DNA from: Methanocella sp.
GTDB lineage: Archaea > Thermoproteota > Bathyarchaeia > Bathyarchaeales > Bathycorpusculaceae
Reading direction: 5' to 3'
Assembly: GCA_050261115.1 (NCBI GenBank)
Contig: JBLNCY010000064.1
Location: 1-64,000 of the forward strand
Length of the DNA stretch: 64,000 nt
Part shown: piece by piece, positions 28,376-36,868 of the stretch
Position numbering within the stretch: position 1 is the stretch's first letter
Layout of the letters: every line of letters starts with the position of its first letter
Notes under the pieces: generated by a model
The model's input: only the letters and a program-made list of their open reading frames with translations
Database searches by the model: none
What the model was told of the DNA's origin: nothing
Position numbers and translations under genes: made by a program

Positions 28376-29278
28376 CCTTCTAAGAAGCAATAAACCAAAG
28401 AAAACAACGGCAATTATGATGCCAGCAGCCACAGGGATAATAGGGAAAGTCTCTGGTGCTTCCACATTAAAAATAATTGTTTCTGAGGTTCCAACTCCCC
28501 ATGCTTCATCCATTGCGTAAACTGTTAAGTTATGTAGACCGTTAGACAAACCAGTAAGAGTTGTATTTCCAGTAATAGTAACATTCTCTTGGTTATCAAG
28601 GCTGTACTTGATTTCTAACGTTGGGTTATCCAATATGAAGGATATAAGAACATAGGAAACAGTATATCTCTCTGCCTTGGGAGATAGAATTGATATCTGA
28701 GTAAGAGTCAGGGTTTGTGTGTTGCTCCAACTGCTTGTTTCGCCAGTAAAAACGTCGTGATACAGTTTTCCAATCGGAAAAACATATTCGTCATAAATTC
28801 GAGTATAATATCCTATAAGTGCCTCAACTCTGAAATCTATCTGAATGGGGTCAGTAACTTTCTCTACGCCAGCAGGTCTGCTATAGTATTCTGAAATTGC
28901 AATAACAGTGTAATCCGAATCTGAAGCAGGGTAACCTTTGTCATCATTAGGGATGTACGTCCAATCATTTTCATAATGCCCTTTCATGCTAACATTATAA
29001 TATAAGCTATAAGGATTGGATGGTTGATTTTTAATCGTGACCTCTATAGTCTTGTTTAGTACGTGATAGCCTTCTGTTATGGTGACATTTTTTCCTGTGT
29101 ACGGGTCTATTCCATAAGTTGGTGGCACATCATATGGATGAGCGCTAAATTCAACAGTAAATTCTGGTACTGACGGTTTGGGTATTGTTTGGGCAGTAGT
29201 AGTTGGGAGTAGATTGAGGCCTGGAATGGCAAACGAAATTATGAGTAGTAGGATCAAGCTTTTGCTTAGAAGTCGCAT
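28346..29278 (-). CDS. Secreted, membrane-anchored surface protein (KPSVPEFT family) with Ig-like domain
   Basis: Signal peptide, PKPSVPEFT, YSLDNQENVTITGNTTLTGLSNGLHNLTVYA, TM and RRHRKTAN tail. Confidence 0.82.
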   Translation of the reverse strand: MRLLSKSLILLLIISFAIPGLNLLPTTTAQTIPKPSVPEFTVEFSAHPYDVPPTYGIDPYTGKNVTITEGYHVLNKTIEVTIKNQPSNPYSLYYNVSMKGHYENDWTYIPNDDKGYPASDSDYTVIAISEYYSRPAGVEKVTDPIQIDFRVEALIGYYTRIYDEYVFPIGKLYHDVFTGETSSWSNTQTLTLTQISILSPKAERYTVSYVLISFILDNPTLEIKYSLDNQENVTITGNTTLTGLSNGLHNLTVYAMDEAWGVGTSETIIFNVEAPETFPIIPVAAGIIIAVVFFGLLLLRRHRKTANSKQ

Positions 29279-29349
29279 AAGTACCCTATGAAGGTGCTTT
29301 CAATAATAGTTTACTCAAAAACTTGTTTTGAAAGCTAGGGTGGGGTAGC

Positions 29350-29397
29350 ATGGTTGTGGAAAAAGGTCTGTTGTCTTAAGTTAGTCTTCTTTCGATG
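29350..29397. repeat. Conserved gene-end repeat, copy 2
   Basis: Direct repeat of 28328-28375. Confidence 0.7.
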
Positions 29398-29530
29398 GTT
29401 TTGATTAACCAATAAACTCCGCTAACAATCACCACCGCTATGACTATGACTACTAAATACCAAATAGTTACAGTTGTAGTCATTGGAGTTGGTGTAGTTA
29501 TAGGCGTAGGCAGTACACTTGGAATTGGAA
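29368..29530 (-). pseudogene. Remnant 3' end of a surface-protein gene
   Basis: PIPSVLPTPITTPTP…WYLVVIVIAVVIVS, then in a shifted frame SLLVNQNHRKKTNLRQ. No N-terminal part. Confidence 0.6.
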
Positions 29531-29653
29531 AGGGCAAAATTCCTGTCCTTGCTCTGTCCTATATTGCCTCCATGATATCAAACAGACATAGTTCTCCAAA
29601 TCAACCGCTCTGACGTAAGCAGCAATAAAAGAGTCTACAACTAAAACTCCTGT

Positions 29654-30040
29654 ATGCAAAAACCCCAAGAAAAACAGCAAACAATAAACGAAGTTTTAGA
29701 CAACCTAACCCCCGCTCAAAAAGAGACAACCGAAAAACTTCGCCAACTCATAAAAAATACCGTTCCCCAAGCAGTCGAAATGGTGAAACAGGGTAAAATT
29801 GTGTATAAACTCGAAAACAAAGACTTCGCATGGATAAGCAACTATCAGGGCCACGTTGACGTTGAACTCGCCATGGGCAGCCGGCTCTCCTCTGACTTGC
29901 TAAAAAGACGCGGCGTCGCTGAACCCAACCCCCACAATCGACATATAGAAGCAGACAACTACGAGCTCATCGAACCCGAGTTAACCCGCCTGTTATGTGA
30001 AGCGGCAAACTTAACCCTTGAATGCGCAGCCCTCGAATAA
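29654..30040 (+). CDS. DUF1801 (YdhG-like) protein
   Basis: LRQLIKNTVPQAVEMVK.GKIVY…HVDV…G..L…RHI pattern. Confidence 0.8.
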   Translation: MQKPQEKQQTINEVLDNLTPAQKETTEKLRQLIKNTVPQAVEMVKQGKIVYKLENKDFAWISNYQGHVDVELAMGSRLSSDLLKRRGVAEPNPHNRHIEADNYELIEPELTRLLCEAANLTLECAALE

Positions 30041-30064
30041 CCCACTCATTATTAAGCGACTGCT

Positions 30065-31045
30065 TTAGAATTCAGTACCCTTAAGCATAGGGTTGCCGTC
30101 TCTGTAGCTGCATTTAATACCATACTTCTTAACGCAGTCAACACACAAGTTAGGATCACAGAGGGTAGTGCTAAGGTACCTTTCGCCACCATCAGGCGCA
30201 ATGCATACAATTAAGCCCTCTTTGAGTTCCTTGGCCTTCTGCAGGGCAACATGGAATATGGCGCCTGAACTAGAACCCACAAAAATACCCTCCTCAAGCG
30301 CCAAAAGCCGAGCCGCCTCGTCCGCCGTCTTCGGATTCACATAAAATACCTCATCAACCAAGCTTGGGTTCCAGATTTTGGGGATATGCTGGGTCTTTAG
30401 ATCTTTTAGACCCTGAATGGTGGTTCCCACTTCAGGTTGCACCCCAATTATCTGCACAGCAGAATTGTACTCTTTGAGACGCTTAGAAAGCCCCATTAGT
30501 GTTCCAGTTGTGCCAATCCCAGCAACAACATGGGTGACTTTGCCGTCGGTGTCGCGCCAAATCTCCGGCGCCGTGGTCTCATAATGCGCTACCACATTAG
30601 CCATGTTAGCGAATTGGTTAGGCATATAATACTTCTCAGGGTTCCTCTCTGCGATTTCCCGCGCCAAGTCCTCAGCGCCATCCATCCCCCTTGTGCCTTC
30701 ACTAAGCAACACCTTAGCGCCAAGCGAAATCAGGATTTGACGCCGCTCCATACTCATCGTTTCAGGCATAACAATCACGGCGTCATAGCCCTTAGCTCGG
30801 CAAACAAGAGCAATGCCGATGCCTGTGTTACCGCTGGTAGGTTCAATAACCGTTTTGCCCCCCGAGAGCTTACCTGACTTTTCAGCCTGCTCAATCATGT
30901 ACAGTGCCACACGATCCTTTATAGAGCCGCCCGGATTGTTCTTTTCAAGCTTGACAAGCAATTTTACAGCCGGGTTAGGGTTTAAACGTTGGACTTCTAC
31001 AAGGGGAGTGTTGCCGATTAAGTCAAGTATTCTCTTAGAGTTCAC
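30065..31045 (-). CDS. cysM: PLP-dependent cysteine synthase (CysM-like) with Cys-rich tail
   Basis: IGNTPLV, NPGGSIKDR, EPTSGNTG, NQFAN and GIGTTGT motifs. GTG start 31045 (ORF track 31141). Confidence 0.88.
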   Translation of the reverse strand: MNSKRILDLIGNTPLVEVQRLNPNPAVKLLVKLEKNNPGGSIKDRVALYMIEQAEKSGKLSGGKTVIEPTSGNTGIGIALVCRAKGYDAVIVMPETMSMERRQILISLGAKVLLSEGTRGMDGAEDLAREIAERNPEKYYMPNQFANMANVVAHYETTAPEIWRDTDGKVTHVVAGIGTTGTLMGLSKRLKEYNSAVQIIGVQPEVGTTIQGLKDLKTQHIPKIWNPSLVDEVFYVNPKTADEAARLLALEEGIFVGSSSGAIFHVALQKAKELKEGLIVCIAPDGGERYLSTTLCDPNLCVDCVKKYGIKCSYRDGNPMLKGTEF

Positions 31046-31173
31046 AGGGGTGCCACCTAGGCGTGAATGTTTAAGCGTAAAGGCGCTTAAAAATATGGTT
31101 CTAACCCACAGCGCTTTTCTGTAGCTAGCTGCTACACCCACCCAAAACTAGGGTTAATATAGAGAAAAAATTG

Positions 31174-32157
31174 TTAGTAGACGGGGCGATCACTCTTTAG
31201 GATTTCTGCAACCACCGCCGCAGTCCGCCGTCTCCGCCGAAAAACAACCAGCAACACCAAAACAACCGCAACCACAATCACTAAGACTCCCACGATAGCC
31301 ACCCAAGGCGTCTCTGACGGAGTAAAGACGGTCTCTTGAGGGATATGAACAGTAAACAAGTGTTCACTTTGAGGGTACAAGCATGAGACAACCCAGACGT
31401 CTCCTCGTGATTCACTGCTAAACGTGTGTTGGGTCCCATCAATTTTTAGCTGCAACATGTTAGCATCACCGACTAAAGTCTTGGGAACAGTTATGTAAAG
31501 GTGCCCTGCGGATTCTGTGGTTGTGTTTGTGACAAAGCTCAGTTGGCGAGTTGCCGAATCATAGGTTAAATCAGCTATGGATGAGTTGGATACGACGGAG
31601 AACTGGTTGCCATCAGTGTCAGGTGTTAATGCAAGGCTTAGAGTTGTAGTTAACCAATGTAGCGTCAAGTTACCATCCCATTGAGCACTCAACAGATAGT
31701 TGCCTGTCGAGTTAGGCATCCAAACGGTGCTAAAGCTACCGTCCGCTTTTGTCTGTACAAGAGAGAAGTTCTGCCAGGTGCTTCCGCCATCAGCGCTAAA
31801 CGCGGCGTATATTGGCGCCGACTCTATCCCTGAATTGTTGTACGTTAGGCTGCCTGAAATCTCAACTTTCGGGTTGCTGGCACTTGCAGAGGTAGTGACC
31901 GACATTTCGAGCGTGGGCCATGCAGAGGGTTCTGGTCGAGGCGTCGGCTCAGGCGTGGAGGTTGGCTGTGAGGTTGAGGTAGGAGGGGGTGTTGAATCTT
32001 CAAATTGAAAAGGATTATCTGCCATTGCTTCAACTGAAACGGCGCTTGCAGCTCCGATCAGTGCAAGGCTACATAACGCCACCATAGAGAGAACCAGTAA
32101 AACCCGAGGCCTATTTTGTGTTATCATGGAATCAACCATTTGTCGCATGTTATACAT
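31174..32157 (-). CDS. Secreted, membrane-anchored Ig-like surface protein
   Basis: Signal peptide, P/T linker, SADGGSTW…T.ADGSF…W.P..TGNY Ig-like fold, C-terminal TM and RRRRR. Confidence 0.78.
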   Translation of the reverse strand: MYNMRQMVDSMITQNRPRVLLVLSMVALCSLALIGAASAVSVEAMADNPFQFEDSTPPPTSTSQPTSTPEPTPRPEPSAWPTLEMSVTTSASASNPKVEISGSLTYNNSGIESAPIYAAFSADGGSTWQNFSLVQTKADGSFSTVWMPNSTGNYLLSAQWDGNLTLHWLTTTLSLALTPDTDGNQFSVVSNSSIADLTYDSATRQLSFVTNTTTESAGHLYITVPKTLVGDANMLQLKIDGTQHTFSSESRGDVWVVSCLYPQSEHLFTVHIPQETVFTPSETPWVAIVGVLVIVVAVVLVLLVVFRRRRRTAAVVAEILKSDRPVY

Positions 32158-32421
32158 TCGGTTGTATCTGTGGCGTGCATTTAAGACTTTTCAATCTCCC
32201 ACCCCGCCCTAAACTGTCCAAAAATTAGACGGAACCAACTGCACTGGCGATCGCTCTCATCTTACTCACTATATGGCATTGAGTTCCCTTATGATATGTA
32301 CTTTGTAAACACATAATTCAGAATTCTCCTTCGAACAGTCAAGAAAGTTTTGCAGTGTATAATTTGCGGGTAAAAACATAAATCCTAAGCATTGCATATT
32401 TCGTATACAGCGGTGACTGGG

Positions 32422-32577
32422 ATGCCACATCATTTATCCGTCATTGTTGTCCCTGGATTAGCTATTATGCTTGTTTTCATAGCTGGGTTTCTTTTCGATA
32501 AGGATTTGCTTACTTCAGTAACGGCTGGATTGATTGGTGGATACTTGATAGCTAAACGGTTTTTCTTGAGAAAGTAA
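32422..32577 (+). CDS. Small two-TM membrane protein
   Basis: GGTGA RBS before ATG 32422; two hydrophobic helices and a basic tail. Confidence 0.55.
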   Translation: MPHHLSVIVVPGLAIMLVFIAGFLFDKDLLTSVTAGLIGGYLIAKRFFLRK

Positions 32578-32826
32578 AAAACAGCTGCTTTTCTATGATT
32601 TGAGCGCGGTAGCGCTGTACCGCCGACGGCTTCCGGTCCTGTAATTCTGCCTATGAGACGACCTATAGTGGAAACTGTAGAAGCTCCTGCGCAAGACTAC
32701 CTGGTTATCGCTAGTTTTAGCATTAAACTCTGCTCTGTTAGTCAGGGATTTTCTAACCCTTTATGTGCGATACGTTTTATAAGTTCCTCGGAAAGATGGG
32801 TAGTTAACTCTGGAGGGGGAAATCCA

Positions 32827-33264
32827 ATGAGTGCAAGATGGAGAAGAACGATAAAGACTAGAAAATGGCTAGATTTGAATGAAATTTCCGGTTCGAAGCC
32901 AGTTAAAAAAACTAAATGTGCCCAGAAATGTAAAGCCCCTGCAGTAACTTTCCGCCCGCCAAATCGCTACTCTAAAAAGCAGGATGTCAAACCGTTAATT
33001 GACATTTTTCAGGATAATAATAACATAACAATCGTTGCAGAAATCGCAGGGTTTAATAAGGAAACCTTCAAGATAAATGTGAAAGATCAAAAAGTCACGC
33101 TGTCTGCCAAATCAAAAGAGCGCAGATACTATAAAAGTTTAAATTTGCCGAAAGTAGTCATTCCAGACGAAACGCGCACGAAATACAAGAACGGCGTGCT
33201 AGAGATTAAATTAAAGAAAGCTGAATCATCAGCAATAGGAAAAGCAGATCAACATGCCCCATAA
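32827..33264 (+). CDS. Hsp20/alpha-crystallin family protein
   Basis: PLIDIF…IVAEIAG…YYKSLNLP…YKNGVLEIKLKK. GGAGG before ATG 32827 (ORF track 32653). Confidence 0.88.
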   Translation: MSARWRRTIKTRKWLDLNEISGSKPVKKTKCAQKCKAPAVTFRPPNRYSKKQDVKPLIDIFQDNNNITIVAEIAGFNKETFKINVKDQKVTLSAKSKERRYYKSLNLPKVVIPDETRTKYKNGVLEIKLKKAESSAIGKADQHAP

Positions 33265-33682
33265 ACTTAGAAAAATCAGGAAATTCCGAGGCTCAAGGAC
33301 ACAGGGTTATGGACGTATCGGACAGCACCGTGATACAGGTAGCAAAGGCAACCGTAAAGTCGGCCGCCACAAGCACCTCTGGAGCAAAGTCGTTACCCAA
33401 AACCCTAGCTATTTTGGCAAACACGGATTCACTTCGCCGCAAAGCAAGCATCGCGTTGAATCCACCATTAACTTGCTAAAGCTAGATCAGATAGCTACCG
33501 GCGCAGAAGTCGACCTTACTGAACTCGGCTACACTAAACTACTCGGTACAGGCAAAATCACCAAGAAACTTACTGTAAAAGTCGCTGCAGCCTCCAAATC
33601 CGCTATAGCCAAAATCGAAGCAGCCGGCGGGAAACTCTTACTCCAAGAAGCCGAAGCAGAAGCAGAAGCCTCCGAGGAGTAA
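33254..33682 (+). CDS. rpl15: 50S ribosomal protein uL15
   Basis: RGSRTQGYGRIGQHR…G.G.HKH…YFGKHGF…KLLGTG…KIEAAGG. Confidence 0.95.
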   Translation: MPHKLRKIRKFRGSRTQGYGRIGQHRDTGSKGNRKVGRHKHLWSKVVTQNPSYFGKHGFTSPQSKHRVESTINLLKLDQIATGAEVDLTELGYTKLLGTGKITKKLTVKVAAASKSAIAKIEAAGGKLLLQEAEAEAEASEE

Positions 33683-33690
33683 AACCTTAA

Positions 33691-35100
33691 ATGGCCGGCA
33701 GATTCCTCACTCTATTCAAACCAATCGGTAGAATTCTTCCGGAAATCAAAAAGCCCGGACGCAAAGTTTCTTTTAATGAAAAAATCTTTTGGACAGCGCT
33801 TGTCCTAGTTGTCTTTCTTGTCATGACCGAGGTTCCGCTCTATGGTGTCAGCCAGGAAGCCGCTGACAGCTTTGGATCGCTTCGTGTCATCTTTGCCTCA
33901 AACAAAGGCTCGCTTATGGAGCTCGGTATCGGCCCCATCGTCACTGCTGGCCTGATTTTGCAGCTTCTCGCTGGTTCCGGTATCATTAAATGCGACTTAT
34001 CTAACCCCGAAGATAGAGGACTCTTTACCTCTGCAAGCAAAGTCTTCAGCATCCTATTAACAGCAGTCCAAGCAGGCGCCTACATCCTTAGCGGCATGTA
34101 TGGTGATATTGCGCAGCTTGGTATAGGGGTAATTTTGGCGATATTCTTCCAGCTTATAGCCGCAGGCATCATCGTTATGTTGATGGATGAACTTGTGCAG
34201 AAGGGCTGGGGCCTTGGTAGCGGCATCAGTCTCTTTATCATGGCTGGGGTTGCTCAGACCATCATATGGTCCGCCTTTAACCCCCAGACAGGACTCTTCG
34301 TCGGTGCCTTATCAACCTATTTAGGCGGCGGCTTGAGCACCTTCCAGTGGATATTTGGAACCGCGAGCGGTGTCTACCCAACCCTGATTGGTCTAATAGC
34401 CACAGTGGTTGTGTTCCTAGTGGTTATCTACTTGCAGGGTGTCCGCGTTGAGCTACCCATGAGCTACGCAGGCTACAAGGGTTTCCGCAGCCGATACCCC
34501 ATCAAGCTGCTCTACGTCAGCAACCTGCCAGTCATCTTTGCAAGCGCACTGTTTGCCAACGTGTACTTCTTCAGCCAACTACTCTGGAGCCAACTTGGAC
34601 GACCTGAACCTGGAACAAACCTATTCTTCCAGATCATCGGCGACTATAACTCGACCACTACCACCTCTGCCAGCGGCGTCACGAGCACCAGTGCATACCC
34701 AGTGGGCGGCTTAGCTTACTTTGTGACGGCACCAAATAGTCTGCAGGTTGTGGCGGCTGATCCGCTTCGCGCGGCGGCATACTTAGGTATACTCATAGCG
34801 TTCTGTGCCGTGTTCAGCTTGATCTGGCTTGAAGTCGGCGGATTAGGCCCCGCAAAGGTTGCTAAGCAACTAATGGACAGCGGCATGGAAATCCCCGGTT
34901 ATAGACGCAGCGAGAAACCCATCGAAGCCATCCTGCGCAGATACATCCCAGTCGTAACAGTGCTGGGCGGTATCATCGTCGGCTTAGTCGCAGGGCTATC
35001 GGACTTCTTTGGTGCCTTCGGCAGCGGCACCGGTATACTGCTCAGCGTGGGCATAATATACCATTACTACGAGCTACTGATGCGTGTGCGCGCGGCATAA
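33691..35100 (+). CDS. secY: Preprotein translocase SecY (Sec61-alpha); in-frame tail continues to 35136 past a TAA
   Basis: LMELGIGPIVTAG, GLGSGISLFI, YPIKLLYVSNLPVIF, IPGYR and GSGTGILL motifs. Confidence 0.95.
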   Translation: MAGRFLTLFKPIGRILPEIKKPGRKVSFNEKIFWTALVLVVFLVMTEVPLYGVSQEAADSFGSLRVIFASNKGSLMELGIGPIVTAGLILQLLAGSGIIKCDLSNPEDRGLFTSASKVFSILLTAVQAGAYILSGMYGDIAQLGIGVILAIFFQLIAAGIIVMLMDELVQKGWGLGSGISLFIMAGVAQTIIWSAFNPQTGLFVGALSTYLGGGLSTFQWIFGTASGVYPTLIGLIATVVVFLVVIYLQGVRVELPMSYAGYKGFRSRYPIKLLYVSNLPVIFASALFANVYFFSQLLWSQLGRPEPGTNLFFQIIGDYNSTTTTSASGVTSTSAYPVGGLAYFVTAPNSLQVVAADPLRAAAYLGILIAFCAVFSLIWLEVGGLGPAKVAKQLMDSGMEIPGYRRSEKPIEAILRRYIPVVTVLGGIIVGLVAGLSDFFGAFGSGTGILLSVGIIYHYYELLMRVRAA

Positions 35101-35254
35101 ATGTTCCCGGCGTTTAGAAGAATCCTAGGCGAATAAGCCTAAAACGCCACCTTTCCTTTTCTTTGTTTTTATCTTGTATTTTTCCTACCTTTTTTGATGC
35201 TGTGCGGGTAGAGTTTGGCTGTATTCAGGGGTTGTAGAACTTATGGCAATGTAT

Positions 35255-35291
35255 TGTTGCTCTAACACTTGACCCCTTCCTTATATATAGA
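35255..35291 (+). repeat. Dispersed intergenic repeat, copy B
   Basis: TGTTGCTCTAACACTTGACCCCTTCCTTATATATAGA, 30/37 ungapped identity to 2573-2609. Confidence 0.72.
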
Positions 35292-35511
35292 ATGAACTAT
35301 TGCTTCAACCTGTAGTTGGAGAAAACTATGGGTCGCCCCTAAAGCACAGTGTAATCTGACCTTGTACGGTAGTTGAAGTATCAGCGGCAAAAGTTACTTT
35401 AGCTTTACAAACTTGTGAGTGCAAAAACTTTTTTAGCGGTGAATTAACGTGTGAGTATCTGTTTGGGGCGTTATGTCCATGCTTATATCGTGCTGTTTTC
35501 TATAGTTCATT

Positions 35512-35904
35512 GTGCAAACCGTTATTCTTTGTGGAACCGTCGTTTCTGGTAGGGGTGGTGGTAGGGATTTTATTGCTGCTCCAGAGGTTCGGCGGCAGAT
35601 TGAGGAAAAGCTGGGTTTTACTCCGCATCCGGGGACGATGAATGTTCGTCTTACAGCGGAGAGCACAAAGAAACGCCAAGAACTCAGCAAAGACAAAGAT
35701 AACATTCTGCGGCCAAAGGTGCACTCCTACCCGGGTGCCCTGTTTAAGGCAAGAATAGGGCCCTACACATGCGCGATAATCCATCCCGAAGACCCCAACT
35801 ATCCTATCGACATAGTTGAGGTTATTGCGCCGGTAAATTTGCGTCAGGAACTCAGGTTATCTGACGGTAGCTTAGTCACTATAATAGCAGACGCCGCCTG
35901 CTAG
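35512..35904 (+). CDS. ribK: CTP-dependent riboflavin kinase (no N-terminal HTH)
   Basis: G.VVSG.G.G, KLGFTPHPGTMNV and EVIAPVNLR..L.L.DG motifs. Confidence 0.88.
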   Translation: MQTVILCGTVVSGRGGGRDFIAAPEVRRQIEEKLGFTPHPGTMNVRLTAESTKKRQELSKDKDNILRPKVHSYPGALFKARIGPYTCAIIHPEDPNYPIDIVEVIAPVNLRQELRLSDGSLVTIIADAAC

Positions 35905-35943
35905 GCTGGATGGCAAGGGATGGTTTGTCATTAACCTTTTTGG

Positions 35944-36798
35944 GTGCACCAAACATACCTTTTGCAGGAACGGATTTTGCAGACAGAAAAATATGGCTCC
36001 CCCCATGTGGGCATAACTTCGCGTATGATTACAGAAATCTCAGGGGGCCCTCTACCCGCCAGCGAAACTGAACTAATAGAGCTCAACCTTGACCACCCTG
36101 AAGTGATAAAAAACGGCGAAGTAAACTACCGATTCCTAGACCGCTTACTAGCGCTTGGCAACAACTACACCATACATGGCCCATACGTCGTTTACCCAGA
36201 GGAAAGCCGCAACCTTGCCTTAATGCGGTGTGTTTTTAGAATCGCACGCTACATCGACGCCCGCTATATTGTCATCCACACAGGCGTAGTCCGCACCGAC
36301 TACCGCGATGCGCTGCTTAAGACGGTGGCTTCTCTACGGCAATACTCCAAGATCGCGGCGGAATACCAAATCACCTTGCTAGTCGAGAATATGGTTCGGG
36401 AGCGGCTTTATGACCGCGTCGGGGTGTTGCCGAGGGAGGTTTTGCAGGTTATTGAATGGGTGGATGAGGAGAACCTCAAGTTCTGCTTTGATGCGGGCCA
36501 CGGGTTTCTTTCAGCTCGGCAGTATGGGTTTGATATTTTAGAGTTTGTTAGGGTGCTCTCGCCATACATTGTGCACATGCATATTCATGACAACATCGGT
36601 GTGCCGCCAGTCATCGATGACACCCTAGGCGACCAGCATCTTCCCATCGGGAAGGGTTCAATTGATTATGCCCTAATCATTGGAGCACTCGACAAAAGCA
36701 AAGTGAAAAATCTGATTTTGGAGTTAATGCCAAGCACAACCTCAAGGGATGATGCGCAGAGGAGTCTTGCGACCCTAAACAAGCTCGCCAAAATCTAA
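35944..36798 (+). CDS. Xylose isomerase-like / AP endonuclease 2 TIM barrel protein
   Basis: TIHGP, VIHTG, VENM, DAGH, HIHDN, DQHLPIG.G.IDY and LE metal ligands. Confidence 0.85.
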   Translation: MHQTYLLQERILQTEKYGSPHVGITSRMITEISGGPLPASETELIELNLDHPEVIKNGEVNYRFLDRLLALGNNYTIHGPYVVYPEESRNLALMRCVFRIARYIDARYIVIHTGVVRTDYRDALLKTVASLRQYSKIAAEYQITLLVENMVRERLYDRVGVLPREVLQVIEWVDEENLKFCFDAGHGFLSARQYGFDILEFVRVLSPYIVHMHIHDNIGVPPVIDDTLGDQHLPIGKGSIDYALIIGALDKSKVKNLILELMPSTTSRDDAQRSLATLNKLAKI

Positions 36799-36868
36799 GC
36801 ACATTGGGTTTCAGAACCAATTAATAGGCAAATACAGCCTATTCTATTGTTAGTTTTTGGTTAAACCT

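Noticed and set aside
35327-35337. TATGGGTCGCC also present on the minus strand near 51.69 kb
   Set aside because: An isolated 11-mer match is expected by chance in 64 kb and does not extend.
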